Assembly: GCA_000934665.2 (NCBI GenBank)
Contig: KZ538108.1
Location: 62,001 to 123,763 of the forward strand
Length of the DNA: 61,763 nucleotides
Reading direction: 5' to 3'
DNA from: Catajapyx aquilonaris
Lineage: Eukaryota
Part shown: piece by piece, positions 13,201-27,068 of the stretch
Numbering within the stretch: position 1 is the first letter of the stretch
How the letters are laid out: each line of letters starts with the position of its first letter
The notes under the pieces: model-generated
Told to the model about the DNA's origin: nothing
Database searches by the model: none
The model's input: the letters and a program-made list of their open reading frames with translations, nothing else
Made by a program: the position numbers and the translations under genes

Positions 13201-16200
13201 TCGTTTTATATGAGCTGTGCGGGCAACAAAAAAATAAATATTGGGGAGGGGTGGAAACCCAAGTAACCGGTTGTGTGGTGGGGGCTTGGAGGTCAAGGGG
13301 TCAGGGCCACGTTCTTTGGGTCGACGGCCACGTAATCAGGGAATGCGTAGGTGTATTTTTTTTGTGTGCTTTTGGCCCACAATGTACAACTGTAGTTAAA
13401 CTATTATCCAATTACTACATGTGATCGTAGGAAATTAGATGCGGTGGTCACCCATGATCATAGAGTGCGGTACCCCCCTTTTTGCATATGTCCGGCTATC
13501 GTACTGTAATTGTGTAGTAAATGTGTGAAGGTTCACAGGCCAATTGCAGTTTTTTTTGTACGACCTTTTTTATTGTAATATTTTTTCGCAGGGAGCGGGA
13601 CAGGACAAACTGGGCATCTACATCAAGTCTGTGGTGAAGGGTGGTGCTGCGGACATGGTGAGCCATTCAAGTGTTGGCAGGAATTATTATCAATCAACTA
13701 TGCTAATTGAATTCTTTGTCATTCGAAGGATGGCCGCCTGCAGGCTGGAGACCAACTGTTGAAAGTGGATGGCCAGAGTCTGGTTGGAATCACCCAGGAG
13801 AAGTGAGTTGACTGTGGTCATTTCCAGTTTGTTGAAAGAGCTGCGATGTTTTGCACAATGTAGTGTGGTGGGAAACACGCAGTTCTTCTTAATCTTTGCA
13901 ACAAAAGCCAGTTATTCCAAACCAGGTCAGGTCCACGGAATGGGGTAGTTGGAAGTACTGTAGCTTTGCAAAATTGGGGTCCTGAAAGTGGTCCTGCTTA
14001 GCTCTGTTTTGTACTTGGCAATTAATTTTAGGGCTGACCCAAACTAGTCTGGATGAACGATGTACATGAATGTCAGCACATTGATTGATTTAATAAGATT
14101 GAATTCATGGAATTTTGTAGCTCAATTAGGTGTGGCTTATAGCCAGGATGTGAGTTGTTTTCCCTCCTGGCTTCTGGTTTTATAAACAAGGTTATCAAGA
14201 TGTTCATCTTCCTCAATTACTGTTGCCTTCCTGGTGATAATGAACAGGCCTCGCCTCTCTCTCTCGGTGATTAAGCAACACCTCTCTCGTTCTTCCTTCC
14301 TAAAACAGGGCTGCCGAGTACCTCATGCGGACAGGCTCTATTGTCGGGCTGGAAGTGGCAAAGCAGGGCGCCATCTACCACGGGCTGGCCACCCTGCTGT
14401 CCCAGCCGTCCCCACTCATGACCAGTAGGGGTAAGTAAAGTCATTGTCGAGTACTGTGAATGTGTGTCTCAGTTGCATGGCCTGAAGCTGCATTATTAAC
14501 CAGTGCTGGGGTCTGCCTGCTAATAAGTGCCATCCTGCATTCTCCCTAATTCCCTAACGACAAAAGGGTCCCACACCAAGCCCAGACCACGCTCAGAGGA
14601 GCTGGGAGGGGGGGCAGGACAGTCTCCGCCGAGCCCGGGTCAGGCTGCCCCACCCCCTCCGGCGAAGGTCATGAGCCAGTCCGCGGCCCACCTTGGCTAC
14701 GAGGAGCGACTGGTGGACTGGAACCAGCCCCCAAGGAACCTGACCAACAGCCGATCCAGCCCCAGCCTCACTACGGACGTGGCCAACAATGTGGATTGCA
14801 ACAATGCTCAAGGTGCTTTTCCACTTCCCAACACTTGACCCGGCTTTGATCCACCTGCTAACTGGCGACCTGTCGCCAAAGTTTCTCCCGGACCCAAACC
14901 ATGCACTTTCTGCCTAAAACTCTGCTTGCGGTAATAAACATACAAACTGTGCGGGTTTTTTCCCCTGGGGAATGTGTTCTGGAGTGACCTGGAGGGGTCA
15001 GAGGCTGTGCTTAGCATGCCGAAAGATTGCACTTCCGCAGATTCAGCTGAGAAATGGGCAGGTCAGGCGCAGTCTAATGTACGAAGAATCAATGTCATCT
15101 TGGTGTAAGGTTCCTTGGGATTATTACTGCTACAGCCTGTTTCCAAATAATAACAGAACTAGCATTATTCTAGGAAGGGTTATTTCCATAGTGGTTGTTG
15201 ATTCATTCATGGAGGACTTCACTAGTTTCATGAGGTGTAGAACTTCGGCAGTGCATGAAAATTATCATGTACAGTCAAAGCCTGTCTGAAACGGACTTCG
15301 GATACATTATACAAGACTTTTCAATGTGTTTCTGTTGCACACGATGGAGGCAGTTACAGTGCGGAAAGTTTTTCCAGAAAGGAATGGCTGCTATGGACAG
15401 GCTTCACTTTTATTTCCCTTCTGTAAGTCCTGTAGGTTTAAATATGTCAAGCAATTAACTATTGACATGAAATGTTATTTAAAAAAAATGAAACAATCAT
15501 AATGTACTGGTGGCATGTTAGTGTCTGAAGTGCAAACTTAATAGTGGGCCAAGCACTGCTGCATTTTGTGCCATGGAACTTTCCCTGATACTTCACTTGC
15601 ATTTTGTGCTGGATGTATCTTCCAAAATGATATTTTTATTATCATAAAAAGATATATCTATTTTTTATCTATATCTAGTAAATTAATTGGGTGGTTGCCT
15701 GTAACACCTAACACTCAGCAATACTCGGTGTAATGTGTCCCGTGTGTAACCTGTACATACTTTGTGGGTGTACCGCATACAAGTCGGAAGTGAACATGTG
15801 CGTGTTATGACCAAAAATAATATGCACCGGCCTGCACCTGCGCACTCTTGCACATCAATGAGACCGTTTTTATGGAAAAATGCTGGTTGGAATGCCAGGC
15901 CACGAAGATCGGAGCGTGGAGAACTTGGCGACTCACTGCAGCTACAGCAAGGATGCGATCTACTCTGCGCAGAAGGCGTATGTCCCATCCAGTGGCGGCA
16001 GGCACAGGCGGCCGTCCCTCCTCTTGCTGCAGATGGGAATGCACAAGTCCGCCCCCGAGCTCCTTCCTCCCACCGCTCTCTTCCCTGTTGACCTGCCGCC
16101 GCGCAGTTACACCCCAGTGTACACCCCTGATGGGCGGAGCTCCATGACTCCTGGAGAAGAAGTGGGCGGCTCCAGGCTGAGGCGCATTCTCATTGCTGAG

Positions 16201-19200
16201 GGCCAAGGTCACATGTCCCATGACACATAAACGTGGGCTGTGCACCAGTTTTCTTAGCCTGACCAGCATGCCAGTTTACGCTTCCTAGGTTGAACTCTTT
16301 GCTTATTTTGTGTTCGCGCACTGTGTTCGGCCAAAGACTGCATTAGGGATTGCCTAGTGTAGTACGTACAGCACGGTTTTCATTTCTCAGTGGATGGCAC
16401 TGTTCGGAAGACACTAGTTGCACTTTAGTGAATTCTGTCTGCTCAAGTAACATCTACAGGATGTGCAACTGGTTACATAGAATGGTAATTCTGTCCATGT
16501 GACTTGTTTTCAAAATTGTATTTATGAAAGACAACTAAATATGTTTTGTGTATGAGGACCACCACGTATAACTGGTTGCATCCTTCAACTTATCTTGGCG
16601 CCTGCTTCAACCATTGTCTTATTTGCGTGGTGTAGGTCTGAGTGGCCGTGACTCGTCCATGGGCCACCCTCCGACGATGGGCCATCAGCAGCAGCAGCAG
16701 CAGCATCCCCCCCGCATCCAAACCTCGAAGTCAGTTCCGTCACTCAACCACGAGGTGTACAACCCTGGCTACAGCCGCACCTCATCGACCAACAGCATTC
16801 CGCACAAGGCCATGGAAGGCTCAGCAGGGTGAGTTGAAATAAACTTTTTCTTTGAGAGCCGACACGTAACAGCTTCATTCCATTAGGATGGGTGCACCCA
16901 ACCGGCATCCGGGCCGCGAGGAGCGGTTCTACCAGAATGTGAGTTCATACAGGGAGGGCAGGCCGCCACCTGGTGCCGCCCCTGCGCCACACCTCGGCAC
17001 CACCCCGGAAGAGTTTTCCCGCCACCAGCTCCAGCAGCAGCAGCAGCAGAGGGCAGCCCTTCGCGGGTCATACACCTCGCTTCAGAGGCCTCCTGAATCA
17101 GCGGGCCGTGAGAGACCAGCTTCCGCCTACCTCCCGCAGTCTGGGTTCCACCCGCAAGACCCCAGGGCAGCAGACCCCAGGGTGGATCCCAGGATGGATC
17201 CCAGGGAGCAATCCAGGAGCCACCCAGCTCTGGGCCAGCAGAACCCGAGAGACTTCATGCGGCAGGAAGCCAAGATGGTGGAGATGCACGAGGAGCTCAG
17301 GAGGAGGGAGGAAAGGGGTGGGGTCCAGCAGAGGATGATGGCCCCACCAAACAGTGCCGGCGGGTACTACCCAGGGCAGCAGCAAGGGCACAACTTGGCC
17401 GCAGTCAGAGGACCCAGACCACAGGTGAGCCTCACCGTAATAATTACAAGACTCATGCAAGGAAATTCAATCGGCCATTCTTTCTACATGTTGCCAGTTT
17501 GCCTGCAATGGACCAATAATGTTGTTAGTCCCAATGATATGGTTTCACTTGTAGCACCGAATCACTCATTTCCATATCTGTCACTGGACTCTATACTGGA
17601 ATGCCCCAATTATTTTGCATGCTCAGGGCCTTCCCCGTGGCCCCCCAATGTCGCCACCTGGAGCGTACCAGCACTCGCACCTGCATCATCCGCAGCAGGG
17701 GTACCAACCCCAGCAGCACCCACCTCCACATCTGCAGCAGCAACAGCAGCAACAGCAACAACAGCAGCAGCGGCTCCACCCGCAGCAGATGGGGGCGCCT
17801 CCAGCCACCGGGTACGTGTCCATGGGCGGACAGACCCCGCCTGCCACCCACCACCTCCCACCCTCTCACCACCCCCTGCACCACCCACAGTCCCCCTCCT
17901 CCCACCACCAGCCGCACCCAATCCACAACAATGCCAGGAACCACCACCAGCAACAGCAGCAGCAGTACCAACAACAACAACAACCACCTCCGCCAACTGC
18001 ACCAAAGCCGCATGCCCTTAGGAACCAGTTGGGCAGCAGTGGAGGGCTGGGCGGGGGCGGAGGGGGCACAGAGACCCCTCCCCCTCCCCCTGTCCCACCT
18101 GTCTCCACCCACCCACTGTACCAACCGGCACCCAACAATGCAGCCGGAATCAGGCAGTACCAGGCCAACAAGTACGCCTCCATTTCACGGATTGGATGGA
18201 TGGATGTCATGGCAGCCACTAACAATTTTTATCGTCACACAACCGCCCAACCTGACCCAACCTCTCTAACCCCACCTTCATTCAGCTCTGCTTCGCAAGC
18301 AGAGTTTCCCCCCCAACTTATGCTTAGTAATGGCTAAAACTAACGCTTCAGTGGCTTCAGTAGAAACGCAGCATAAGTCGGCCACAAAAGTTGGAGGAGC
18401 TGGACAACATAAATTTGGATTTAAAATCATTGTCAGTGGCACAAGCTGAGAGTAAGAAATACATTCTGCGCTTTGTCATTGCGGCAAAGTGCATGATTTC
18501 ACAATGAGCTTGGTTCATAAGCCAACATGGAAAGTAAAAACTGAGCATGGTAACTGCTAGGCATGGCTGCACTAAACCGACTCTGTCCCCAAACCCACGA
18601 AACCTGTGCTTCAAGCATGTCGCATACCCCACTAATTGCTTCCTTAGCATATATCCGCAGCAGCTTGGTTTCACTGACTTAACTGCCCCGTTTCATTGCA
18701 ACAATGTAGGTACTCGGCCAGCAGCGGAGAGCTGCCGAGGGCCGGCTACATCCCGGTCAACGCAGTGCAGGTCGGCCCCCGTCACTTCCAGTTCAACGCC
18801 ACCAATCCGTGGGAACGGGAAGAGAAAGAAAAGGTGAGCTCACCGACAAGCACAATCTGTTGGCACATGTGCACTCAAGTGTCGTCACAGAAAGTGAACA
18901 CTTGGCTGACTTGACATACCGTTGACCAATTTGGTGAATTTGTTCTCCACATTTAATGACGTTCCTACTTGGAACGCCTGTACGCCTAAGAGCAAGTCAA
19001 TTGAGCCAGGTTTTCCACTCCCTTGGTCCCCGTTTTACCTTGTCATGCACATGCATGCATGGGCTACATCCACCATCACTACCCACCCTACATGTGTGCA
19101 TGTGTGCCTGTCCCAGGAGAAGCAGATCCGAGCCGAGGCTGCACGCCAGTGGCGGGACCAACAAATATCAGACCTGGAAGGGCTGGATCCCCGCAGCCAC

Positions 19201-21701
19201 AAGCAGGAGGAGCAGCTGCGGACGCTGCGTCTGGAGAGAGAGTTCCAGCGCAGGGCGGAAGAGGCTGCCAAGAACGAGGATGAGGATGACGCTGACGAGG
19301 ACGACGTAAGGAACCAGCACTCACCTGCATGGCATGCATCTTCTAACCCACGCACCCAAAATAACACCTGTTTGTGTCGCACTAGTCGTAAAGCCCGGCA
19401 CAAAACACACGCAAAGTGTGGCTTGGGTTTCTCGGTGTAAGATTGTGGCACTAGTCAGCCCAGAAACCACGGTACACATTGTTGCTCATTTTGGTGGACA
19501 TCGAGCTTGAAGAAGCTACTTGGTCAGTGAATGACACTTTTTGTGTGTGTGTGTAAATTAATATCGAAACTGAGGTACGTAGGTGTGATTCCCAAGTTTA
19601 ATTTCAAGTTGAGCTCGTGGATTTCTCGGTATTATTATGTATCCGTACATAGCTTGCGTATGTATTCGGTTTTAATTTTGTGGAAAAAATGCAGGGTACT
19701 TTTGTTAGAGAACTGTTTATTTTGTTAATGATCATTAATGTAAATAAAATACTTTCTTCTTTTACTCTCTATCCTCTTCTCTTCTCTTTCTGCTTCTGCA
19801 ATCACAAAGGTACCTTGATTGCAAGACAACCCTACGTTCAAAATCTGGCCAAGGACATATTAATCAGTGATTGTGCTCTGCTAACCACCCCTCAGCGAAT
19901 TCGCAATGCGTCCCACAATGATTGGTGTGAAGCATGGCTGTCACAGAGTTTGACAAACTTTGTTTTCTGGGACTGGCTGTCAGCGGAATATGACAGATGT
20001 TAGCAATTTCTCATTCTCTAATTGACGCTTGTTGCAGGAAACCCTGGATCGCAAGGGCCTCCTCCGGATGGTCCAAGAGGACTTGCAGCGGTCAAGGCAA
20101 AAGTGGCAGCTGCAACAGCAACAAAGGCAGGAGCAGAACGGGCACCACCACGAGGTCATAGGTCAGCAGATGACAAACGGTGACGGGGTGGACGCAATGG
20201 GCGGAGGAGAGAGGGGAAGGAAGGTGGAGGAGATCCGGCGCAAACAGATGGAGCTGGAGGCCGCCAGAGACGCAGAGGAGCGCATCCTGAGGGAAGCCCA
20301 GCGCAGAAGGGACCAAGACCAGAGGACCAGGACAGGGGGGCAGGCCAGGCTTGACCAGCTTCTGGCCAACGGGGGAGGGACGTCCCCTCCATCCCCGCCC
20401 CAGCAGCATCCGTCCCCGCCTTCCCCTGCACCGTCACATCCGACCCACCAGTCGTCCAGCCAGCGGTTAGACCTGCTTCTGGGCGTCCCTTCCTCGGCGC
20501 CTCCTCCTCCATACCAGCCTCACGACAACGGATCAGGAGCACTGCCCGGTCCCAAGAGGGTCTCCTTCTTCCATGAGCCAAAGGTGGAGCAGCAGCAGCA
20601 GCCGCAGACGCAGTATGAGTTGGACATGTCCGCTGCCACAGACAGGATGGCCAATGCTCAGGATCCAAATGTACGTGCAATCCAACATATCCCAGACTCT
20701 CGTGCATGCCCACTGGAATTAACGGAAACTTTTCATTCCTGCAGAGTTTTCTGGATGAGGCGGAGACACTGCTGTCGTCTCCTCGCAGCCCTGATTCTTC
20801 TGGAACGGGGATGACGCCAGGAGTTATTGGAGCACAGGAAGTTTACAGGTAAGGTCGTCACCGTAAAGGAGAAGCTTCGCGGCGTAGGTTAGGAATCCGC
20901 TCAGAGCATGTGATAAGACAAGCCGGGTGATAGGCAGTATTTGCCCTGAAGATACCAAGCCGAAACATTCTAGATCAACTGGGTCATTCCTCTCTATCAG
21001 GATGGAAATGTTGACCAACCTTTGGCACATCTGCGTAAAGTAAATATTGTCGTGTTTACGTTTAACCTTTTTTTTTTTGGTTTTGCAAGTTGTACTGAAT
21101 GTCTGTAAAAGACGCTAAGGTTTTAGCAGGTTTAAGGGAAGTCCCAAAATATTATTTTTCTTGCCAAGCGTTGTGGAGGCACGGAGTCACCAACTGAGAA
21201 TGAGTAATTATTGCTAAGATGTTTTCCCCCCACAATCACTAGAAAATAAGTCACCATTATCTGGCATTGTTCACCGAGTGAAAGCGTCTATCATTAGAAT
21301 GACTGATATGTGACGTGTTAGGTGTCAGTGCTAATGGAAAAATAAGTGTGTATTTTTACCAAAGTGTAAGTGAAAAAGCGATAAACAAGGCTGCAATCAG
21401 GAGGATGATGAGTGTGACTGACCCGGTCACGGAGGCGTTACTAATGGCAGAGTGACATGCGTGACCCGCTTCTATTTTCAGGGATCCTCGGCTGAGGCGC
21501 CTTCAGGAGCAGCAGAACCGCCACCAGATGGCGTCCAAGTCTCCTGGTCCGGAGAAGCTGTCATTCCGGGAGAAGATGAAGATGTTTGCGATGGAGACTG
21601 GGGAACCGGAGACCCCAAAGGACAAGGTCAAGATCTCGAAGGCGCAAAGGGAGATCGAAATGGGGCCAAACAAGCAGACAAACAGTCCAGCTGACTCATG
21701 A
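4230..21701 (+). CDS. cno: Afadin/canoe (AF-6), 5'-partial: FHA, Dilute, PDZ, Pro/Gln-rich region and conserved C-terminus
   Basis: Phase-consistent GT-AG exons: 4230-4388 (GSIMFHVRRRPAD..RKRKKK), 6308-6719 (FHA), 6979-7125 (ETTFDLDGNIETVST), 7356-7781, 7858-8248, 8328-8477, 8566-8814 (Dilute region: LAFWMANASE, NAALTIQLFSQLFHF, LELAADCHL), 10168-10305, 13592-13657, 13729-13802, 14309-14430 (PDZ: GMGLSIVAAK/GAGQDKLGIYIKSVVKGGAAD/DGRLQAGDQLLKVDG), 14567-14812, 16636-16828, 16887-17424, 17627-18171, 18710-18833 (NPWEREEKEK), 19117-19305, 20038-20670, 20745-20848 (TPGVIGAQEVYR), 21482-21701 (PEKLSFREKMKMF...KISKAQREIE, TGA). Confidence 0.95.
4750..5480 (-). mobile_element. Probable decayed non-LTR RT fragment in afadin intron
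   Basis: Weak minus-strand fragments QKLFI..DASNNARPL (cf. T.LIPK..DPSNYRPI) and PKVF..PHVDAQLAVL (cf. KAFDSV.H); frameshifted. Confidence 0.35.
9780..10130 (-). mobile_element. Possible decayed LTR-retrotransposon integrase fragment
   Basis: Minus strand reads LVKDGQ*CTGC RLGADT...GDYF/SRF across one frameshift, resembling the integrase CxxC followed by the G.D.....DYFSRF core start. Confidence 0.3.
11111..11521 (+). CDS. Candidate alternative first coding exon of afadin (137 codons, His/Pro-rich)
   Basis: ATG in TCACCATGA context, stop-free frame MRRPQLDPLPPTP...GPLPAPPK, ending AAG|GTGAGT at phase 0, compatible with the acceptor at 13592. Confidence 0.6.
12790..13140 (+). mobile_element. 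Decayed LINE (CR1/L2-like) RT fragment
   Basis: Plus-strand fragments WFILALYKLL (cf. H.ILL.KL), NSRRKVSVLG (cf. SNRRQ.V.V.G), PLF..IYLNDL, VSFA (cf. LFADD), in RT order with frameshifts. Confidence 0.45.
15041..15061 (+). other. Candidate 21-nt afadin microexon (DSAEKWA)
   Basis: cttccgcAG|ATTCAGCTGAGAAATGGGCAG|GTcagg; phase 1 to 1, stop-free in the afadin frame. Confidence 0.4.
15899..16207 (+). CDS. Candidate afadin cassette exon (103 codons)
   Basis: ccAG|GCCAC...CCAAG|GTcac; 309 nt, phase 1 to 1, open in frame (HEDRSVENLATHCSYSKDAIYSAQKAYVPS...), GC-rich relative to flanking intron; weak polypyrimidine tract. Confidence 0.6.
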
Positions 21702-24700
21702 GACCAAAATTTGCATCATTCCCACTGACCTCTTCCCGCCCCCTTCTTGTTTTTTATTTTTAAAAATTTGTCCAAATGGGGAGTGGATTTTTATAGCCAT
21801 TCAATTTTTTCATCACGTTGCTATTATTTTTTTCACGTTATATATTCAGGGGACGGGGTTCATTTGGTCGTGCGATCATTTAGCATATGTTTATTTCCGC
21901 CCCCCTTTCCCATTTTATTCATTTTGTAATTAACCTTGTTGAGCAGTCAGTGACATTGTAGGGCTTACTTTCCCCCCTCCATTGCCCCTCCATCCCTCTG
22001 CAATATTATGAAGGATTGAAGTGTCTTAGAACATTGTGCCTGAAGATCAAGAAATGAAGGAGATTTTGTTTTTTTGGTTAGGTCACACACACGCAGTGAT
22101 AATATACATATTAATATATACATAATATATATATTATATATATCTTGTATACAAGCGACGTCACAGTGCAGCTCCAATTGAGTGTAAACCGAGAGTGCAG
22201 CTAATTTGAAAGACTCGTAATTTTAAAAGGTTGACAAAAAGAGCTGGATGACTTATTATTATGATAAACTTTAAGCAACTCGTGTGTGTGTGAGTGTGTG
22301 GCGATGTTTTTTTTTTGCTTCGTTTCCATTATGTTGTAAAGTGTGTTAGTATAAGCAGAAGTCCTGCATTGTTGAGAACGAAACGGCAGCTGATGTAAAT
22401 ACCACAGGCACGTTATTTTTGTAGGGCTTCAATTTTTTTTTTAATGAGGAAAAAAAAAGTATGAAAAGAGATGTGTTATTATAAGTTGGTATATGACATT
22501 TTGATATTTTTAAGGCAGCTTCTGTTTTTACATTTTAAGTTCTTTATATATAAAATAATAATAATAATATGAGAGAGGCCGCACATTCACACACATTCTC
22601 ACAAACAAACATATGTAATAAAGAAAGGCAAGCCGACAAAATGGTCCGATTTATTTTTTAAATGTTTCAAACCTTCCAATAATAATATTCAGCATGTTGT
22701 TTACAGGCGATGTATTTCGATACATTAGATAAGAAATTAGTGGCCGTAACAACAAGCGGGGTACAGAGATATTGATCCCTCCTGGTAGAGAGAGAGGGGC
22801 GGGAGAAAGAGACGTGACGTCATAGTTGGGGGGTTGGGTGGAGAACAGGCAGCGCCTCTCTCCGGGATTGCGTGTCTCTCAATCACACACACACACACAC
22901 ACACACTCTCTCTCTGTGGTGTGGGTCTGTTGTGATACCAAGTCCCAACCAGCCAGTCCGGTCTGGGGAAGGAGGAAGGACAGTCGTTGTTGTGTACACG
23001 AGAGAGAGAGACACTGACACGTGTGGAGTGTCCCAAGAAGGATCGTCCTAAATAATTACTTGTCTGGGGTGTCCAGCATCAACAACCCGGCATCGGACAG
23101 CAGGTGAGCGTGACACCCTTCCGACTATAGTCATAGTCGCGTACGTACGTACCCCACGTGCCTATTATAATTAGGGCATGACCGGTCGTAAATAATACGA
23201 ATGTACACTCTTTTTTTAATATATATATAATCAAGCTCTTGATATAATTATTGACTGGTGTATGGTGTTGCAACATTCGACCCGAGGTTTATTGAGGGGA
23301 AAGTTGGTCTGTGCAGGAAGTGCACACATACCGGGCCAGTATATATGTACACGTACGTATAATTATGTGGGACACGTGAATGTTGATCGGCCACCTGAGC
23401 TTAAATTGATATAGGTGCGTGGTGGCATGTGCCGATTCACATATAACCAGACCCATTGTATCAGAAGTACATGAAAGTTGTCCTTCCTTGGCAATAAGCT
23501 GGGCGCGATAAAATGTTTTTATGCGGGTTGACCTCATCAAAGAGACGAGATGCTGGCAGCCACAGATAACACCATACAGAAATAATGTGCCGCATCGCAT
23601 AATATGCGCCCATTAGCAGTACGATAGGCATGTTATAATTAGGGACGTGGCGGAGTGCGACCCACGATGTGTCTAGTATGCGGTCCGGTCAGTCCCGACG
23701 GGGTGTCCGGTTTCCCCATCGCACTGTATACAGACGGTGACCAGTGGCACATATCCGAGAGTGGCTGACCTCCACTCATTGTCAGCACGCATGCCTGCAA
23801 CTCGTGCTTCATTTTATCGCTTCCGTTTAATTTTTTTAAACGCCACCAGCCTATCCGAATAATCCGGGAGGCCCGTATCATATTACACAGCAGGGTGGTT
23901 CATTTCACCCAGTCCAACACCAACAGGGATAATCAGGGTCAGGTTTGGACATTGCCTGATTGTACTTTCTGCGACACCCCGAGTAGTGTGTGTATATAGT
24001 TTTGATGGAGCCGGTACCAAATAATGGCATCATAGTGAGGCATGCTGGGATATACTAGTGGAGGGGGTTGAAAGGTTGGGTCCACGGATCGATCGCCTGT
24101 TGGGATAAAAAAAACGGAGGTGGGGGGGTTGCTGGTATAGGTACAGTGGTGGTGATGCAGTGCTCCGACCAGTGGGAATAATATACAGGGCTGACCTCTG
24201 CTGTGACAGCATCAGGACCGGTGCTGGGGAACGGCGCATAACCTTCCTCAAAAGGTGAATTTCTTCCCCCCCCATGCTGAATCTGTAGTCTGAATGACCT
24301 TAATCTCGCGAGTGCATAAATACCACCCGCACACACATTTATCGATCATAGTGTTGGCAAAGAAAAAGTGTCCTTATGTCGCTTAACAGTGTGTGTGCAG
24401 GGAGAGGGGCACCTTTCTTTTGATGATGATAATTGCAATCTGATCGTGTTGGCGTGTGCATGAGAGATGCCCGTGCATTGTTCCGTGCCGATAATGATGC
24501 CAAGCATCGTCGTCTGCTGTACGTGTATTATTATATGAGAGAGAGAGAGAGAGAGATAAGGTGGTGGGGGAGAAGTGTGGGCGTTGGTGGGTGGAAGGGG
24601 GGGCAGCGAGCAGCACAGGGTCGATTTTGGCAGCATACGTATAGACTGCAGTGCAGACCTTGGCACAGACCTTGAGGCGGGCATGTAGGAAGAGGAAGAC

Positions 24701-27068
24701 TCTGTTTACTTACTCCAGCTCACACAGGTATCATATCTATTATCACCCAATATCTACAATCGATTACCAGGGGGGGAAGTATTAAAAATGTTCAAGGGTG
24801 TTTGCGTATAGGGTGTCACGGCCGTTCACGTGTGCGGATGGTCGCACGGATGGCATACCTTTCGTGCCGTCACGTCACCACGTCGGATCAATCTGTATTA
24901 TTGCCACATCATCGACAGTCAACAGCTGTCAGGCCGCAATAATAAGTGATGTCGCACGTGCTTTAATTACATGTCGGGGCCGCCTTTTAAAGCGCGGCTA
25001 TAACGCAATTGCGCGTAACTTGCGGGCATGCGTTCAAGTGAAGTAATAATGATTGACGAGAGTGGGGCAGGTCAGGGGTGGGTAGGTCACCAACCAGCCG
25101 AGTTATTGACTGACGGCCATCCAGATAAAAAAAATGGTGCTATGTAACTTTATTGCAGCAGGGTGCCACACTACTTAACCAGTTTAAACTATAGGATTGT
25201 CATGCGTCGCATGTAGTGTCAACGTGACGACGTCGTATCCCTTGGCGACGTCCTCCACCCACCAGAATGTCTTTGCACCCAGGATCTCATTACTCGATGA
25301 AATTGGAAGTAAGCGAGACCTGTAATTTCATGCCTTCCTTCCTCCCGTCTTTTGATCAGTGTGTAATAAGATTCGCGTCCTTTTCCGCAATCATTCCCTC
25401 TCTGCTATAATGACATGATATGTATCCGTCGTTATTGTGTACACTCCATGATGAAGATGGATCCAGCAGCACGCGCTTGGTACGTGTCACATTGCGCAAT
25501 GCTCATGATGCGATTCTTGAGACAGGTTAGGGCCTCATTTGACCCCAGAAATGACCAGTGCGTATCATAATTTGACCTCTCGTATGTAAAGCATACAGCA
25601 CATTGCGTCATTCACCCTGCGATGCTAGTATAATTTTAATGCCTGGTTGCACCAACAAAATTACCGGTCCGATAGCTCCTAATGGGCAGATAGGTTATAG
25701 GTAGACCTTTTAACATTTGCTATCGGTCCGTTAGGAGCTAAAAAAGAGTTGCTCAACATCACACCGTAGAGGAATATTCTAGGTATTCAAATGATGCGCA
25801 TTAGCTGTACAGAATGTATGACCTCGCCCGGAGTCATCTACTGACAAAATGATGGATGTCGCATTGCATCACTTATTTTTTATTTGGGGAGGGGGGGGGG
25901 GAGTCCGATTTCGCACAGCACAGCTAAAAATTGCGAGACTCTGAGGCAGCTAGAGCGATCTTTGGCCGGCATTGTGCTTCGGGCTGATGGATTGGCACGA
26001 TTCATTCGGAACAGCAGTCGTTTCTATATAGAATGGACGTGGGTCAGTAAAGTGTGACTATGCAAAATGGGGTCAATGGTTTTCCCGACTGAAATAAACG
26101 GGCTGCTTGTTTGCCGAAGACGAGTGACGTCTCAGCGCACTTGCACCACCGGACCGGACAGTCGTCACTCGGTAGATATCTTGTTGTAATACTCAAAACC
26201 CTCGCACAGATAAGCACATGTGCACACACACAGTTACCTCATCGTGGTTTAACCGGCAAAATGTTGGCCTCGAGCCACTACTTGTTGGCAGGCCGTATAT
26301 AAAAGAGTCACTAACACCAGCTCGGGATTGTTGTTATTCGGCGGTGCCATTTATGCGACACGTTGTTCCGTAATGATGCACCCTGTAGGGACGGCGATTG
26401 GTTTTCTGGCCTGTATATTGAATGATAAGTGGCTGTCAAGAGTATGATGCCCATCAATTCCGCGCATTTGCATTGCATTATTCCGGGCGCCACATAATGC
26501 ACGTAGTTGTTCTTGTACGTCGCAAAAAACCTCTCGACCCCAATCGGGCACGTAAACAGTATGAAATGCCCCCATTGCTCGCCCCATTGAAACCAGGCAC
26601 GTTATGTTTGTGTAGCACGTGTGATTTGCACGCGCGGAAATATGACCCAACAGCACGGAACATTCTCCGCCAGTCATAAAAATTAGTACGAATTTTTGCA
26701 ACCGCGGAGCTCTTAGATATACATATGGCATAAGTGTGTGGGGGGGCTTACCTCCGGATTGTTATTATACGACCTCAGTCACGTCATGCCGTGGTTGCTG
26801 CTGGAAAAAGAGGGCTTTGACGTGACCCGTCTTCGGCACACGCCAGGCTTGGACTGGTGTGCTCCGGAATGAACCTCATTTCCCTCCTCCTCCTCCTCCG
26901 TATGGTTATTTTTGGTTTCCGAAATTAGCGCAATTACTGGCAGCTGCTGCTGCTGCTTCTGTTCCTTTTCCACCGACTGACTGTGGTGCGGGTTCAGTCT
27001 GGCGCACGTGTGTCCCAGGGACAGCAGCACGTGTTATGCACTAAAGGGCGTTGACCTCTGTGAGAGAG

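Noticed and set aside
21702..27000. Short ORFs between afadin and GLT1
   Set aside because: AT-rich 3' UTR and intergenic sequence with CA/GA microsatellites and a small inverted repeat (~25672-25740); no coding signal recognised.
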